Below, in pieces: positions 40,762 to 52,764 of a DNA stretch of 64,000 nucleotides. Positions within the stretch are counted from its first letter, which is position 1; every line of letters begins with the position of its first letter. Location: positions 18,500 to 82,499 of the forward strand of contig CAWFMH010000002.1 in NCBI GenBank assembly GCA_963816945.1. Direction: 5' to 3'. The DNA is from an uncultured Gammaproteobacteria bacterium (GTDB lineage Bacteria > Pseudomonadota > Gammaproteobacteria > Xanthomonadales > Xanthomonadaceae). The position numbers were made by a program, and so were the translations under genes. The notes beneath the pieces were generated by a model. That model saw only the letters and a program-made list of their open reading frames with translations. It was not told the origin of the DNA and searched no databases.

Positions 40762-41598
40762 TCAGGCCTTCAACGCTCTAGCATGGTGCGCCACATGCTC
40801 GCCGATGAAACTGGCGATGAAGTAGTAGCTGTGGTCGTAACCCGGCTGCATCCGCAGTTCGATGGGATGACCGGCGGCAGCGCACGCGGCCTGCAGCAGA
40901 TGCGGTTTGAGCTGGCTGTCGAGGAATTCATCGGCATCGCCCTGATCGACCAGTAGTGGCAAGCGCTCGCGCGCACCGGCGATCAGCTCGGTCGCGTCCC
41001 AGGCCTTCCACGCGGTTCGTTCGCTGCCGAGATACGCGGTCAAGGCCTTCTCGCCCCATGGCACCTGCGACGGCGCCACGATCGGCGAGAACGCCGAGAC
41101 GCTGTGGTATCGCCCCGGACTCCGGAGCGCGATGACCAGCGCGCCGTGGCCGCCCATCGAATGACCACTGATTCCGCGCACGTCCGTCGCGGGAAATCGT
41201 GCCTCCACCAGCGCCGGCAACTCGTCGACGACATAGTCGTGCATGCGGTAATGCCGCGCCCAGGGCTCTTGTGTTGCGTTCACGTAGAAGCCCGCTCCCT
41301 GGCCCAGGTCGTAGCCGTCGTCGTCGGCGACGTCATCGCCGCGCGGACTGGTATCCGGCGCAACCAGGATCACGCCTTGCTCGGCGGCATACCGCTGCGC
41401 GCCGGCCTTGGTGATGAAGTTCTGCTCGCTGCAGGTCAGGCCCGACAGCCAGTACAGCACCGGTAAGCTGCGCGTCCGCGCCTGCGGCGGCAGGTAGATG
41501 CCGAACCGCATCGTGCAGTCGAGCACGTCCGACCGATGCGACCAGACTTCCTGCAAGCCGCCGAAACAGGCGTGTCGTTCGAGGCGTTCGAGACTCAT
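40762..41598 (-). CDS. fghA: S-formylglutathione hydrolase (esterase D)
   Basis: 278-aa ORF. '[10 protein letters not shown]' nucleophile elbow and the '[10 protein letters not shown]' N-terminal motif of FrmB/FghA. Confidence 0.9.
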   Translation of the reverse strand: MSLERLERHACFGGLQEVWSHRSDVLDCTMRFGIYLPPQARTRSLPVLYWLSGLTCSEQNFITKAGAQRYAAEQGVILVAPDTSPRGDDVADDDGYDLGQGAGFYVNATQEPWARHYRMHDYVVDELPALVEARFPATDVRGISGHSMGGHGALVIALRSPGRYHSVSAFSPIVAPSQVPWGEKALTAYLGSERTAWKAWDATELIAGARERLPLLVDQGDADEFLDSQLKPHLLQAACAAAGHPIELRMQPGYDHSYYFIASFIGEHVAHHARALKA

Positions 41599-41740
41599 GA
41601 GATTCCTGTCGTCAGGCGATTACGCGAAGGGTTGGCAGGTAGGATTGCCGGCTCGTGTCAGTTGCTGATGATGTTTCGTCATCCACAGATAAGCACTTCC
41701 CACCCCGGAGCAGGAAGTGGATCCACGCATGCCGCATCCC

Positions 41741-42316
41741 TCAGGATTTCAACACGCCCTTCGCCTTGGCGACGTGCGTCGAGATCGCATCCATCAATGC
41801 CGGCGACAGGCAATCGTAGGGCTCGAGTCCGAGTTCGCGCAGGCGCGCGCGCACTGCGGCCATCTGCGACGGCGGCGTGCCCGTTTCGAGGATCGAAGAC
41901 ACGAACGCGGCGAACGTCGGCGCCGACCAGCCGCTTTCCGAAGACAGCTCGGTATGGACGAAGTCGAGGCCGTAGAACGGGTGATCCTTGTTCTCGATGC
42001 GACCGAACATGTGCACGCCGCAGCCCTTGCAGGCATGGCGCTGGATCGTGGCCTTGTCGTCGAGGACCGACAGCTTGTCGCCGTTGGCCGTGACACCAAC
42101 CTTGTCGCGCGACACCACGGCGATGACCGCGAACGTCGCGCCTTCGGGCTTCCAGCACTTGCTGCAGCCGCAGGCGTGGTTGTGCGCGGTCTGCGCGTCC
42201 ACTTTCACCGTGACCTTGTCTTGCGCGCAGTGGCAGGACAGCGTGCCGCCGCTGAAACGCTCGTTGCCCGCTGCGATGCCGTTGTCCACGGACGGATGAA
42301 TCGACACAGTGCTCAT
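41741..42316 (-). CDS. gfa: S-(hydroxymethyl)glutathione synthase (glutathione-dependent formaldehyde-activating enzyme)
   Basis: 191-aa ORF. 'IHPSVDNGI...GGTLSCHC...[20 protein letters not shown]' matches the Gfa Zn-Cys signature. Confidence 0.9.
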   Translation of the reverse strand: MSTVSIHPSVDNGIAAGNERFSGGTLSCHCAQDKVTVKVDAQTAHNHACGCSKCWKPEGATFAVIAVVSRDKVGVTANGDKLSVLDDKATIQRHACKGCGVHMFGRIENKDHPFYGLDFVHTELSSESGWSAPTFAAFVSSILETGTPPSQMAAVRARLRELGLEPYDCLSPALMDAISTHVAKAKGVLKS

Positions 42317-42396
42317 CGTGGCTCTCCCATTCGAACAAGCTCAAGCAAGTTCGACTGTCGCGCAGATCGGCCGCGCGCCGCCCCCGTCGAACGCAG

Positions 42397-43599
<1,203 letters not shown>

Positions 43600-46359
43600 T
43601 CAACCGGTGTTCTGGATGCCCGCCGCAATACCGTTCACGGTCGCCAGCAACGCACGCAGCGTGTCGTCTTCCGGGCGGTCGGCCGCTCGCCAGCGCCGCA
43701 ACAGTTCCACCTGCAGCAGGCTGATCGGATCGACGTAGGGATTGCGCAGGCGGATCGACAGCGCCAGGCGCGGGTCGTTGCGTAGCAGTTCGTCCTCGCC
43801 GCGGATCGCGAGCACGGCGTCGCGGGTGCGCGCGAATTCCGCCGCGATACCGGGGAACAAGCTCTCGTGCGCGTCGCCGGCCAAGCGCGAATAGCGCTCG
43901 AAGATGCCGAGGTCGGACTTGGCCAGCGCCATCTCGACATCGTCGAGCATGGCCGCGAAGAACGGCCAGTCGCGCGCGACCTCGGCCATCGCATCCGCAC
44001 CATGCTGTTCGACGCCATACGCCAGCGCGCTGCCGACGCCGTACCACGCGGTCAGTCCCGATCGATTCTGCGACCAGGCGAACACCCACGGGATCGCGCG
44101 CAGGTTGGAAATGCCGCCATCGCGTCGACGCGACGGCCGCGAGCCGATATGCAGGCGCTCGATCACGTCGATCGGCGTCGCGGCGCGGAAATAATCGTTG
44201 AATGCGGGATCGTCGTAGACCAGCGCGCGATAGCGGTCGCGCGCGATCGCGGCGAACGACGTCGCCATCTCGCGCCATTGCGCTTCGCGTCGATCGGGCG
44301 CGCGCGGGCGCAGGCTCGCGCGCAACACCGCGCCGGTGGTCTGTTCGAGATTGCGCAAGGCGAGCGCGCGGATGCCGTACTTGCGGTGGATCACCTCGCC
44401 CTGTTCGGTCACGCGCAGGGCGCCGTCGACCGATCCACGCGGCGCGGCGATGATCGCGCGCTCGGTCTTGCCGCCGCCGCGGCTGACCGATCCGCCGCGA
44501 CCGTGGAAGAACGCGATGCGCACGCCGGAAGCCTGCGCCAGCGTCGCCAGTTCCACCTGCGTGCGCTGCAGCGCCCAGCGCGAGGCGAGCAGGCCGCCGT
44601 CCTTGGCGCTGTCGGAATAGCCGAGCATCACCGTCTGCCGGTCGCCGCGCGCGGCCAGGTGCGCGCGATAGACCGGATCGTCGAACAGCGCGCGCATCAC
44701 TTCGGGCGCGGCCTGCAGGTCGGCCACGGTTTCGAACAGCGGCGCGACATCGAGCGGCACCCGCCCTGCACCGGCACTGCCGTCCTCGATGCATCCGGCG
44801 ATGCGCGCCAGCGCCAGCACCGCCAGCGCATCGGCCGCGCTGCGGCTCATGCTGATGATGTACAGGCCGATCGCGTGGCTGCCGTGGCGACGGCGCGCGT
44901 CTAGCACGGTACGGAACACGTCGAGGGTCGAGGCCGCGGCGTCTGCGCCCGGACGCGCAGGCGCCTCGCCGGCGATCAGCGCATGCAGGCGCGCGACGCG
45001 TTGCTCTACGGGGTGCGTTGCCCAGCCGCTATCGTCGAGTAGCGCAGCCAGAGCCTCGTCGTGCAGCGCCGAATCCTGGCGCAGGTCGAGCGCGGCGAGA
45101 TGGAACCCGAACGTGCGGGCACGGTGCATGACGCGGCGCAACGCGAAACGTCCCGCATGCTCGCCGCGGTTGCGAACGAGGCTTGCGTCGATGACGGAGA
45201 GGTCATCGAGGAAGGCCTCGACATCGGCATAGCCGGGGTCATCATGCCCCTCGGAAACCGCCGCGTCGCGCGTGGTGGCACGCAGGCGCAACTCGATCAG
45301 TTCCAGCAACTGCCGGTAGGGCATGTCGGCCTGTCGCGGATTCGCCGGTTCGGCCTCCGGCAGGCGAGCGAGGATCTGTGCGATGCGTGCGTCGACCGCT
45401 TCGTCGATACCGATGCGGTCGCGTGTCTGCGTCAGGATCGAAGCGAGACCACGCACGTCTTGTCGGTAGTTGGCGAGGATCTGCGCGCGTTGCGCGTCGA
45501 GCGCTGCAGCTATCGTGTCGGCGCCGACGTTGGGATTGCCGTCCATGTCGCCGCCGACCCAGGTACCGAAGCGCAGCATGGTCGGCAGGTCGCGCTGTTG
45601 CCCGTACACCGCTTCGATGGCGTCGGCGAACACTTCGTAGAACACCGGCACCACGCGGTACAGCACGTCGGCGAGATAGAAGCCGACGTGCTCGCGTTCG
45701 TCGGCGACGGTCGGTTTCGTCGGTGGCGTTTCCGAGGTCTGCCATGCGGACGTCAGGGCGAGGCGGATGCGTTCGAGGTCCGCGCGCCGCTCCGACGGCG
45801 TGCGCTCGCGATCGATGTCGGCGACCAGGCGCTCGACGATTTCGCGCTCCTTCTCGAGCAAGGCGCGCCGTACCGCCTCGGTGGGGTGCGCCGTGAACAC
45901 CGGTTCGATCTGCAGGCGCGGCAGCAGCGCGGCGAGATCCTCGTAGCGCACGCCGGCAGCGCGCAGTTCGCCGAGCACCGCCTCGAGCCCGCCCGGCTGC
46001 GGCGCGCTGCCCGCACGCTGGTAGTCGCGGCGGCGACGGATGCGGTGCACGCGCTCGGCGATGTTGGTGGCGCCGAAGTACGCCGCGAATGCGCGCACCA
46101 GTGCATCGGCGCCCTGCGGCGGGACTTCGCTGAGCCGTTGCGCGAGCGCATCGACGGGCGCATCGGCTTCGCGCCGCGCGATCGCCATGCGCCGCACCGA
46201 TTCCACTTGTTCGAGCAAGGCCGGCGACGCCTGTTCGGCCAGCATCTGGCCGACCATCGCGCCGAGCCGGCGCACGTCGTCGCGCAGCAGCGCGTCGGTT
46301 TCGAGGAAATCGATCTCGCGCAGCGATTCGCCTTCGCCGGGGACGGGAATGCCGTTCAT
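43600..46359 (-). CDS. ppc: phosphoenolpyruvate carboxylase
   Basis: ATG verified at 46359 (919 aa). 'VFTAHPTEAVRR' motif and canonical C-terminal '...GIQNTG'. The 200-codon 5' extension in the track ORF is spurious. Confidence 0.95.
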   Translation of the reverse strand: MNGIPVPGEGESLREIDFLETDALLRDDVRRLGAMVGQMLAEQASPALLEQVESVRRMAIARREADAPVDALAQRLSEVPPQGADALVRAFAAYFGATNIAERVHRIRRRRDYQRAGSAPQPGGLEAVLGELRAAGVRYEDLAALLPRLQIEPVFTAHPTEAVRRALLEKEREIVERLVADIDRERTPSERRADLERIRLALTSAWQTSETPPTKPTVADEREHVGFYLADVLYRVVPVFYEVFADAIEAVYGQQRDLPTMLRFGTWVGGDMDGNPNVGADTIAAALDAQRAQILANYRQDVRGLASILTQTRDRIGIDEAVDARIAQILARLPEAEPANPRQADMPYRQLLELIELRLRATTRDAAVSEGHDDPGYADVEAFLDDLSVIDASLVRNRGEHAGRFALRRVMHRARTFGFHLAALDLRQDSALHDEALAALLDDSGWATHPVEQRVARLHALIAGEAPARPGADAAASTLDVFRTVLDARRRHGSHAIGLYIISMSRSAADALAVLALARIAGCIEDGSAGAGRVPLDVAPLFETVADLQAAPEVMRALFDDPVYRAHLAARGDRQTVMLGYSDSAKDGGLLASRWALQRTQVELATLAQASGVRIAFFHGRGGSVSRGGGKTERAIIAAPRGSVDGALRVTEQGEVIHRKYGIRALALRNLEQTTGAVLRASLRPRAPDRREAQWREMATSFAAIARDRYRALVYDDPAFNDYFRAATPIDVIERLHIGSRPSRRRDGGISNLRAIPWVFAWSQNRSGLTAWYGVGSALAYGVEQHGADAMAEVARDWPFFAAMLDDVEMALAKSDLGIFERYSRLAGDAHESLFPGIAAEFARTRDAVLAIRGEDELLRNDPRLALSIRLRNPYVDPISLLQVELLRRWRAADRPEDDTLRALLATVNGIAAGIQNTG

Positions 46360-47702
46360 TTCACTCGCTTGCCATGCTTGACGACGACATCGACGCGCTG
46401 CAGCAACGCCACCTGTTTCAGTACATCGCCCTTCACCGCGATGATGTCGGCGTACTTGCCCTCGCTGATGGTGCCGTAGTCGCGGTCGGCCTTCATCGCC
46501 ACCGCCGGCCAATAGGTTGCCGCGCGGATCGCGTCGATCGCCGGCACGCCGAGCTGGTTGACCCAGACGTCCAGTTCGTTCCAGGTGCTGCCGCTGTGGA
46601 ACTTCATCGGGATGCCGGAATCGGTGCCGATCAGCATCAGCACGCCGGCCTCGCGCAATTGCTGGAACTTGCGCTTGAGCGTCGGCCAGCGCTGCGGCGT
46701 CTGCTGGAAGTAGGAAATGCGCTCGGGATGTGCGAGCGATTGTTTGATGTCGGTGATGATCGCCGGCGTCAGGCCTTCGTGCCAGGCGTCGCCGTCGATG
46801 AACTCGTGGTGTTTCACCGTGTAGGGGAAGTTGAACAATCCCTCGATCGTCGGCGTCCAGAACAACGGTCCGGCCGCCATGTTGCCGGTGCGCTCGCGCA
46901 ACGCGGCGATCACGTCGGCCGGATACTCCGGCGACGCGCCCAGGCCGGTGTGCTCGAAGCAATCGACGCCGAACTTCAGGCCGCGGCGGATTTCCTCGGG
47001 ACGATGCGCGTGCGCTACCACCGGCAGCTCGTGCGCATGCGCCTCGTCGACGACAGCCTGTACTTCGGCATCGCTCATCTGATCCTGGTCGATGAGCTTG
47101 ATCACGTCGACGCCGGCGGCGGCCAGCTTGCGCACCTTGGCGCGCGCGTCGCCCGGCGAGTCCACGCCCCAGCGGAACGCCTCGGTACCCGGGTAGGGTT
47201 TTTTCTGGATGAAGGGACCGGACACGAACAGGGTCGGCCCCGGAATCTTCCCGGACGCGATCGCATCACGCACGGCGATGCTGTCCTCGAGCGGCGCGCC
47301 GAGATCGCGCGCGCCGGTCACGCCGGCCAGCAGCAACTGCTTGGCCGACGCCGGCATGATCACGTCGCGAAACTGCGCCGGATAGGTCTTGTCCCAGTGT
47401 TCGTAGTCGGCATGGCCATTGATCATCAGGTGCACGTGCATGTCCCACAGGCCGGGCAGCACGGTCATGCCTTCGGTGGAGATGACCTCGGCATCAGCAG
47501 GAACCGGCAGGCTGCCGACGGTGCCGACGGCGACGATGCGTTCGCCCTCGATCAGCACGACGCTGTTGGCGATCGGCTCGGCGAGCGTGCCGTCGACCAG
47601 GGTACCGCCGACCAGCGCGACGCGCTGCGCGGACGCACCGCCAGCGACCAGCAGCAGGCTCGACAGGAGAACACAGCACCAAGCGCTGCCGGGTTTGCGC
47701 AT
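46356..47702 (-). CDS. periplasmic amidohydrolase
   Basis: ATG verified at 47702. Signal peptide 'MRKPGSAWCCVLLSSLLLVAGGASAQ' and 'GLWDMHVHL' metal motif. The stop overlaps the ppc ATG (ATGA). Confidence 0.85.
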   Translation of the reverse strand: MRKPGSAWCCVLLSSLLLVAGGASAQRVALVGGTLVDGTLAEPIANSVVLIEGERIVAVGTVGSLPVPADAEVISTEGMTVLPGLWDMHVHLMINGHADYEHWDKTYPAQFRDVIMPASAKQLLLAGVTGARDLGAPLEDSIAVRDAIASGKIPGPTLFVSGPFIQKKPYPGTEAFRWGVDSPGDARAKVRKLAAAGVDVIKLIDQDQMSDAEVQAVVDEAHAHELPVVAHAHRPEEIRRGLKFGVDCFEHTGLGASPEYPADVIAALRERTGNMAAGPLFWTPTIEGLFNFPYTVKHHEFIDGDAWHEGLTPAIITDIKQSLAHPERISYFQQTPQRWPTLKRKFQQLREAGVLMLIGTDSGIPMKFHSGSTWNELDVWVNQLGVPAIDAIRAATYWPAVAMKADRDYGTISEGKYADIIAVKGDVLKQVALLQRVDVVVKHGKRVK

Positions 47703-47746
47703 CGTTCCGCTCCGATCGGGGGAACGGCAAGCGTACCGCAGCCGGC

Positions 47747-49111
47747 TCAGTAGGCGAACTCGCGGAAGACGCGGTCGATATCGCCGTTCCATTCGCCGTG
47801 GAACAGCGCGAGCTTGCGCTCGGCCGGCGTTTCGTTGGCCTCGACCACCTCGATCAACGGCGCGAGGAAGATGCTTTCGTCGGCGCCGTGCGCATTGCGC
47901 GCGTTGCGGCGCTGCAGGCCGGCCACGGAGATCTGCAATGCCTGCTGCGCGATATCGCGCAGCGTGCCGTTGCGGAACGGCAGCTTCAGCGCCTGCCTGG
48001 CGACGCCGTCGCGCAGCGCGTTGCGTTCCTCGAGCGTGAAATCCTTGACCAGGTCCCAGGCTGCATCGAGCGCGACATCGTCGTACAGCAGGCCGACCCA
48101 GAACGCCGGCAACGCGCAGATGCGGCTCCACGGCCCGCTGTCGGCGCCGCGCATCTCCAGGAATTTCTTCATGCGCACTTCGGGGAAGGCGGTGGTCATG
48201 TGGTCGGACCAGTCGACCATCGTCGGCTTGGTGTCCGGCAACGCTTCGAGCTTGCCGTCCATGAATTTGCGGAACGATTGCCCAGACAGATCGATGTATT
48301 CGCCGTTGCGATACGAGAAATACATCGGTACGTCGAGCAGATAGTCGACGTAGCGCTCGTAGCCGAAGCCGTCCTCGAAGACGAAGTCGAGCATGCCGGT
48401 GCGGTCCGGATCGGTGTCGGTCCAGATGTGCGAGCGATAGCTGAGGTAGCCGTTGGGCTTGCCCTCGCGGAACGGCGAATCGGCGAACAGCGCCGTCGCC
48501 ACCGGCTGCAGTGCCAACGAGACGCGGAACTTCCTGACCATGTCCGCCTCGTCGGCATAGTCGAGGTTGACCTGCACCGTGCACGTGCGCTTCATCATGT
48601 CCAGGCCGAGGCCGCCGACCTTGGGCATGTAGTTGCGCATGATCTGATAGCGGCCCTTCGGCATCCACGGCATGTCGTCGCGCGACCATTTCGGCTGGAA
48701 GCCCATGCCGAGGAAGCCCAGGCCGAGTTCGTCGGCGACGGCCTTGACCTCGCGCAGGTGGCCGTCGACTTCGCTGCAGGTCTGGTGGATGGTTTCGAGC
48801 GGCGCGCCGGAGAGTTCGAACTGGCCGGCGGGTTCCAGGGTGACCGAGGCGTTGTCGCGCGTGAGCGCGATGGTGCGGCCGTGTTCGTCGACCGGTTGCC
48901 AGCCGAAACGCGTCAGACCGCGCAACAGCGCTTCGATGCCGCGCTCGCCCTCGAACGTCGGCGGACGCAGGTCATCGAGGCGGAAGCCGAACTTTTCGTG
49001 CTCGGTGCCGATGCGCCAGTCGGATTTCGGCTTGCCGCCGGACGCGATGTAGTCGACGAGATCGCCACGGCCGGTGATCGGGGTATCGCTGACGTGGCTC
49101 GGGCTGGACAT
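47747..49111 (-). CDS. gshA: glutamate--cysteine ligase, plant/proteobacterial GCS2 type
   Basis: 454-aa ORF. '[11 protein letters not shown]' and overall GCS2-family collinearity. Confidence 0.9.
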   Translation of the reverse strand: MSSPSHVSDTPITGRGDLVDYIASGGKPKSDWRIGTEHEKFGFRLDDLRPPTFEGERGIEALLRGLTRFGWQPVDEHGRTIALTRDNASVTLEPAGQFELSGAPLETIHQTCSEVDGHLREVKAVADELGLGFLGMGFQPKWSRDDMPWMPKGRYQIMRNYMPKVGGLGLDMMKRTCTVQVNLDYADEADMVRKFRVSLALQPVATALFADSPFREGKPNGYLSYRSHIWTDTDPDRTGMLDFVFEDGFGYERYVDYLLDVPMYFSYRNGEYIDLSGQSFRKFMDGKLEALPDTKPTMVDWSDHMTTAFPEVRMKKFLEMRGADSGPWSRICALPAFWVGLLYDDVALDAAWDLVKDFTLEERNALRDGVARQALKLPFRNGTLRDIAQQALQISVAGLQRRNARNAHGADESIFLAPLIEVVEANETPAERKLALFHGEWNGDIDRVFREFAY

Positions 49112-49275
49112 GCGGGACCGCTCGCGGGAGTGATAGGCGATATGCGGGCCCGGCCCACTGATCGCAAGGCGGCACTATAGCTGCGTCGTGTGCGGCGCGG
49201 CGTTGCTGGTTTGGGATGCCGGTGTTCCGTCGACATCGACCGATTCCATGCCGGGCACGAACCGGTCTGGCGTAC

Positions 49276-50019
49276 TCAAACCGAACTGTTGGATTTTGCG
49301 TCTTCCAGGCTGCGAATGTAGTCCAGTTCGTTTCTTGCGCGTTGATCTTCCTGGTCCAGTTCCAAGCATTCTTCGAGCTTCTTCCTTGCTTCTTCGAATT
49401 TTCCCTGCTCGACCAGAACGAAGGCGAGCCCTCGCTTGGCCCGGCCCCGGTCCCTAACCTCGTCCTGCGGCGGTGAGAAAGCGGCTAGGTCTTCGGCGGA
49501 CAGGTACAGCTCGTACGCCTTTTCCCAATTTCTTTCCCACTGGTAGAGGTTGCCGAGCTCGGCGAGAAATCTGGCGTTGTACGGAGAAAGATGGATCGCG
49601 CGTTCGAGCGATGGCTTGGCAGCCGCCATTCGACCGAGTTCTACCAATGCGTATCCCTTCATGTAGTGCGCCTCCGCCCAAAGCACGTACAGGCTCACCG
49701 CTTCGTCTCCGGTCCCGGTGCCGCGGTCGTACGCTGCCGCCGCTTCCGCCAGGTACGCGAGTGTCTCTTCAGGCGTGCGCGCCACGTACCAGCGCGTGTT
49801 GCCTTCGGGAAATTTCCCGGCGTAGTAATCGAGCATCCGGTCAAGCGTCGGGATGGCCTCCGCCGCCTTGCTGGCGTCGATGAGGTCACGCACATGCTGC
49901 ATGGCCTGCTGCTGCGCGACCTCGCCTTCATCGTCAGGTTTTTTGGAATCGTCCTGTGCCAGCGCAACGAACGACACGGCATACAGCAGCAGGGTCAGCA
50001 GCGCATTGTAGACAGTCAT
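49276..50019 (-). CDS. secreted TPR-repeat protein
   Basis: 247-aa ORF. Signal peptide 'MTVYNALLTLLLYAVSFVALAQ'. TPR-like helical pairs ('AEAHYMKGYALVELGRMAAAKPSLERAIHLSPYNA'). A spot-counted line gives ~57% GC, lower than the flanks. Confidence 0.7.
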   Translation of the reverse strand: MTVYNALLTLLLYAVSFVALAQDDSKKPDDEGEVAQQQAMQHVRDLIDASKAAEAIPTLDRMLDYYAGKFPEGNTRWYVARTPEETLAYLAEAAAAYDRGTGTGDEAVSLYVLWAEAHYMKGYALVELGRMAAAKPSLERAIHLSPYNARFLAELGNLYQWERNWEKAYELYLSAEDLAAFSPPQDEVRDRGRAKRGLAFVLVEQGKFEEARKKLEECLELDQEDQRARNELDYIRSLEDAKSNSSV

Positions 50020-50145
50020 GAACGCTCCGAGCCGTGCAGTAGGTGGAGATTCGTTGGTCTTCGCGACACTATCGCAAACCGCACGCAGCGAGGCCGGCCG
50101 GAAGCATCGAGAGCACGGTGACCGGACTTGCGCGAGACCGGGTGG

Positions 50146-50763
50146 TCAGAAGGCCAGCCAGCGCCCGATGACCTCGCGCGCCTCGTCGACGCCCTGTTTC
50201 GATTCGCCCGAGAACGTCTGCACGCTGACCGTATCGCCGAACACCGAAGACAATTCCTTGCGCACCGCCAGCAGCGCATTGCCCTGCGCGCCGCGGCTGA
50301 GCTTGTCGGCCTTGGTCAGCAGCGCATGTGCCGGCAGGCCGCGCCCGACCGCGTAACCGAGCATCTGCCGGTCGTACTCCTTGAGCGGGTGGCGGATGTC
50401 CATCACCACCACCAGGCCTCTCAATGCCATGCGGCTGCCGAAATAGCCGTCGAGGAAGGCCTGCCAGTGGGCCTGCAGGTCCTGCGGCACTTTGGCGTAG
50501 CCATAGCCGGGCAGATCGACGAGATAGCGGGCGGTCGTAGCGTCCTTGGCCGGCGTGACGTCGAAGAACACCAGTTGCTGGGTGCGGCCCGGGGTCTTGG
50601 AGACGCGGGCCAGCGCGTTCTGCTGGCAGATGGCATTCAGGGCGCTGGACTTGCCGGCGTTGGAACGGCCGGCGAACGCGACTTCGAGGCCGTCGTCCGG
50701 CGGCAGCTGCCGCGGGGTGTGGGCGGCGAGCAGATAACGGGCTTGTGCGAGCGGATTGGCCAT
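50146..50763 (-). CDS. engB: ribosome biogenesis GTP-binding protein YihA/EngB
   Basis: ATG verified at 50763. 'FAGRSNAGKSSALN' G1 motif, 'DLPGYGYA', 'TKADK'. Confidence 0.9.
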   Translation of the reverse strand: MANPLAQARYLLAAHTPRQLPPDDGLEVAFAGRSNAGKSSALNAICQQNALARVSKTPGRTQQLVFFDVTPAKDATTARYLVDLPGYGYAKVPQDLQAHWQAFLDGYFGSRMALRGLVVVMDIRHPLKEYDRQMLGYAVGRGLPAHALLTKADKLSRGAQGNALLAVRKELSSVFGDTVSVQTFSGESKQGVDEAREVIGRWLAF

Positions 50764-51044
50764 GCGGACTAGGATCGCATGGGATCTCCGGTGTCCTGCA
50801 CGATGGAATAGCCGGATACGAGAGCACCCCTCCCCAGCCACCGGCCCTACGGCTTCGCCTTCGGGCGTTCGTCAGCACGCGCGCCATGGCGCAAGCGTGA
50901 CCCCCTGCAGTCGCAGGGAGGGAGCGAAACAGCACGCGGTTTGACCGTCCTGCGGCCCGCAACGATAATTCGTGGCCTTGCGCGGACGCCGTCCGCAGCG
51001 CCACGCCGGCCCGGCCGCGTGTCCCTCGATCCACGGAGTTCCGC

Positions 51045-51947
51045 ATGCGCCACGCCCGCGTCTATGGTCTCGCCAGCCTCGCCATCGTGGCGGTGGCGGC
51101 GGTCGCTTTCGCCCAGACCACGGTGACGCCGCTGCCGGAAACCGCGCCGGTCCAGGCCATGCCGCTCGATGCCTCGGCCGTCGCCGAGCTGGCCAAGGCC
51201 AAGTGGGGCGATGCCAAGGCCGGCGCGACCAAGGCAGCGGCTTGCGCCGCCTGTCACGGCCTGGATGGCAATTCGACGGTCGATCCCAAGATTTACCCGC
51301 GCATCGCCGGCCACAGCGAGCGCTATCTGTCGCGGCAGTTGGCGCTGTTCAAGAGCGGCGAGCGCAGCAGCGGCAACGCCGCGCTGATGCGGCCGTATGC
51401 CGCAGTGCTGAGCGCGCAGGACATGCGCGATCTGGGCGCCTATTACGCCACGCAGAAGTCCGGTGCCGGCATCGCCGACGACAGCGCCATCGCCAGCGGT
51501 CCGAATGCCGGCATGAAGTTCTATGAGGTCGGCGAAAAGCTGTTTCGCAGCGGCGACACCGCGCGCGGCATTCCGGCCTGCATGGCCTGCCACGGTCCGG
51601 CCGGTGCGGGTAATCCGGGGCCGGCGTATCCGCGTATCGGTGGACAGCAGTCCTGGTACGTCGCCCGGCGCTTGCAGGAATACCGGGCCGGCACCACCAC
51701 CGAACGCGACCCGCACCTGTTCAGCATCATGGCGACCGTCGCCAAGCCGCTGACCGATGAGGAAATCCAGTCGCTCGGCAGCTATCTGCAGGGCCTGCAC
51801 GATCGTGCCGACGAGGCGTCCGAGGACGCGGTCGCCGCGCTGAAGGCCGCGCCGCCCGTGGCGAAGCCGGCCCCGGCGCCCGCCGCCGCGCCGCCTGCCG
51901 CCGAAGCGCCGCCCGCGCCCGCGCCGACGACCGCGCAATCGTCGTGA
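51045..51947 (+). CDS. dihaem cytochrome c4 with Ala/Pro-rich C-terminal tail
   Basis: Signal peptide, two CxxCH sites ('CAACHG', 'CMACHG'), and a ~50-aa 'PAPAPAAAPPAAEAPPAPAP' tail. Confidence 0.85.
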   Translation: MRHARVYGLASLAIVAVAAVAFAQTTVTPLPETAPVQAMPLDASAVAELAKAKWGDAKAGATKAAACAACHGLDGNSTVDPKIYPRIAGHSERYLSRQLALFKSGERSSGNAALMRPYAAVLSAQDMRDLGAYYATQKSGAGIADDSAIASGPNAGMKFYEVGEKLFRSGDTARGIPACMACHGPAGAGNPGPAYPRIGGQQSWYVARRLQEYRAGTTTERDPHLFSIMATVAKPLTDEEIQSLGSYLQGLHDRADEASEDAVAALKAAPPVAKPAPAPAAAPPAAEAPPAPAPTTAQSS

Positions 51948-51994
51948 ACTCGGCGCAGTCATTGCGGTCACAGCTTCACAGTCCTTGAATCAGC

Positions 51995-52029
51995 ACGCCG
52001 GCCAGACTCCTTGCGCCGGCGTTTTTTTT
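51995..52029 (+). terminator. rho-independent terminator after cytochrome c4
   Basis: Stem 'acgccggc' (51995-52002) pairs with 'gccggcgt' (52015-52022), followed by a T8 run to 52029. Confidence 0.75.
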
Positions 52030-52058
52030 AGCCGCCACCGCCTTGCCCGGAACGCAGC

Positions 52059-52700
52059 ATGATCAACCGCCTCGCCCTCCTCCTCCTCGCGCTGCTGCTG
52101 CCCGCGCTGCTGCCTGCGGTGGCGTACGCCCAACAGGCAGCGCCGGTGGCCGGAAACGACTACGTCGTCATCGAAGACGGCCAGCCGTACCGGCCGTTGA
52201 AGGGCAAGATCGAGGTCGTCGAAGTGTTCAGCTACTGGTGCATCCACTGCGCGCATTTCCAGCCCGCGGTCGATGCCTGGAAGCGCAAGCTGCCGTCCGA
52301 CGTGCGCTTCACCTACGTGCCGGCGGTGTTCCAGGACAATGATCCGTTCGCGCGCGCGTACTTCGCCGCCGAGCGCACCGGCGCGCTCGCCAGGACCCAT
52401 GACGCGCTGTTCGATGCCGTGCACGTGCAGCAGACGCTGGCCAAGAACGCCTCCGTCGACGAACTCGCCGGGTTCTACGCCACGCAGGGTTTCAACGCCG
52501 CCAGAATGAAGGCTGCGATGGAAGCGCCGGGCGTCGATGCGCAATTGGCGCAGGCAAAGGCGTTCGCACTACGCAGCGGCATTCCCGGCACGCCCGCGCT
52601 GGTCGTCAACGGCAAATATCGCGTCGAGGGCCAAACCGCCGAGGAACGCCTGCGCATCGCCAGCGCCCTGATCGCGATGGAGCGCAAGGCGCGGCGTTGA
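52059..52700 (+). CDS. dsbA: thiol:disulfide interchange protein DsbA
   Basis: 213-aa ORF. Signal peptide and 'FSYWCIHCAHF' CxxC active site. Confidence 0.9.
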   Translation: MINRLALLLLALLLPALLPAVAYAQQAAPVAGNDYVVIEDGQPYRPLKGKIEVVEVFSYWCIHCAHFQPAVDAWKRKLPSDVRFTYVPAVFQDNDPFARAYFAAERTGALARTHDALFDAVHVQQTLAKNASVDELAGFYATQGFNAARMKAAMEAPGVDAQLAQAKAFALRSGIPGTPALVVNGKYRVEGQTAEERLRIASALIAMERKARR

Positions 52701-52764
52701 TTTCCCATCTCGCGGAGTGCTGCCGCGACCTGTTTTCTTTCGATCCATTGCGAGAATCTCCTCC

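Noticed and set aside
40230-40956. ORFs of 68-218 aa across the 163-bp tandem repeat
   Set aside because: The translations are simply the repeat read in different frames on both strands, and the ORFs mutually overlap. There is no start context.
46360-46962. 200-codon N-terminal extension of ppc in the track (1,120 aa)
   Set aside because: The extension is Arg/His/Gly-rich and overlaps the amidohydrolase gene. The canonical PEPC N-terminal region starts at the ATG at 46359.
46356-48689. 777-aa minus-strand ORF
   Set aside because: Only the last 448 codons (from the ATG at 47702, which carries the signal peptide) look like a protein, an amidohydrolase. The 5' part overlaps gshA out of frame and is Arg-rich nonsense.
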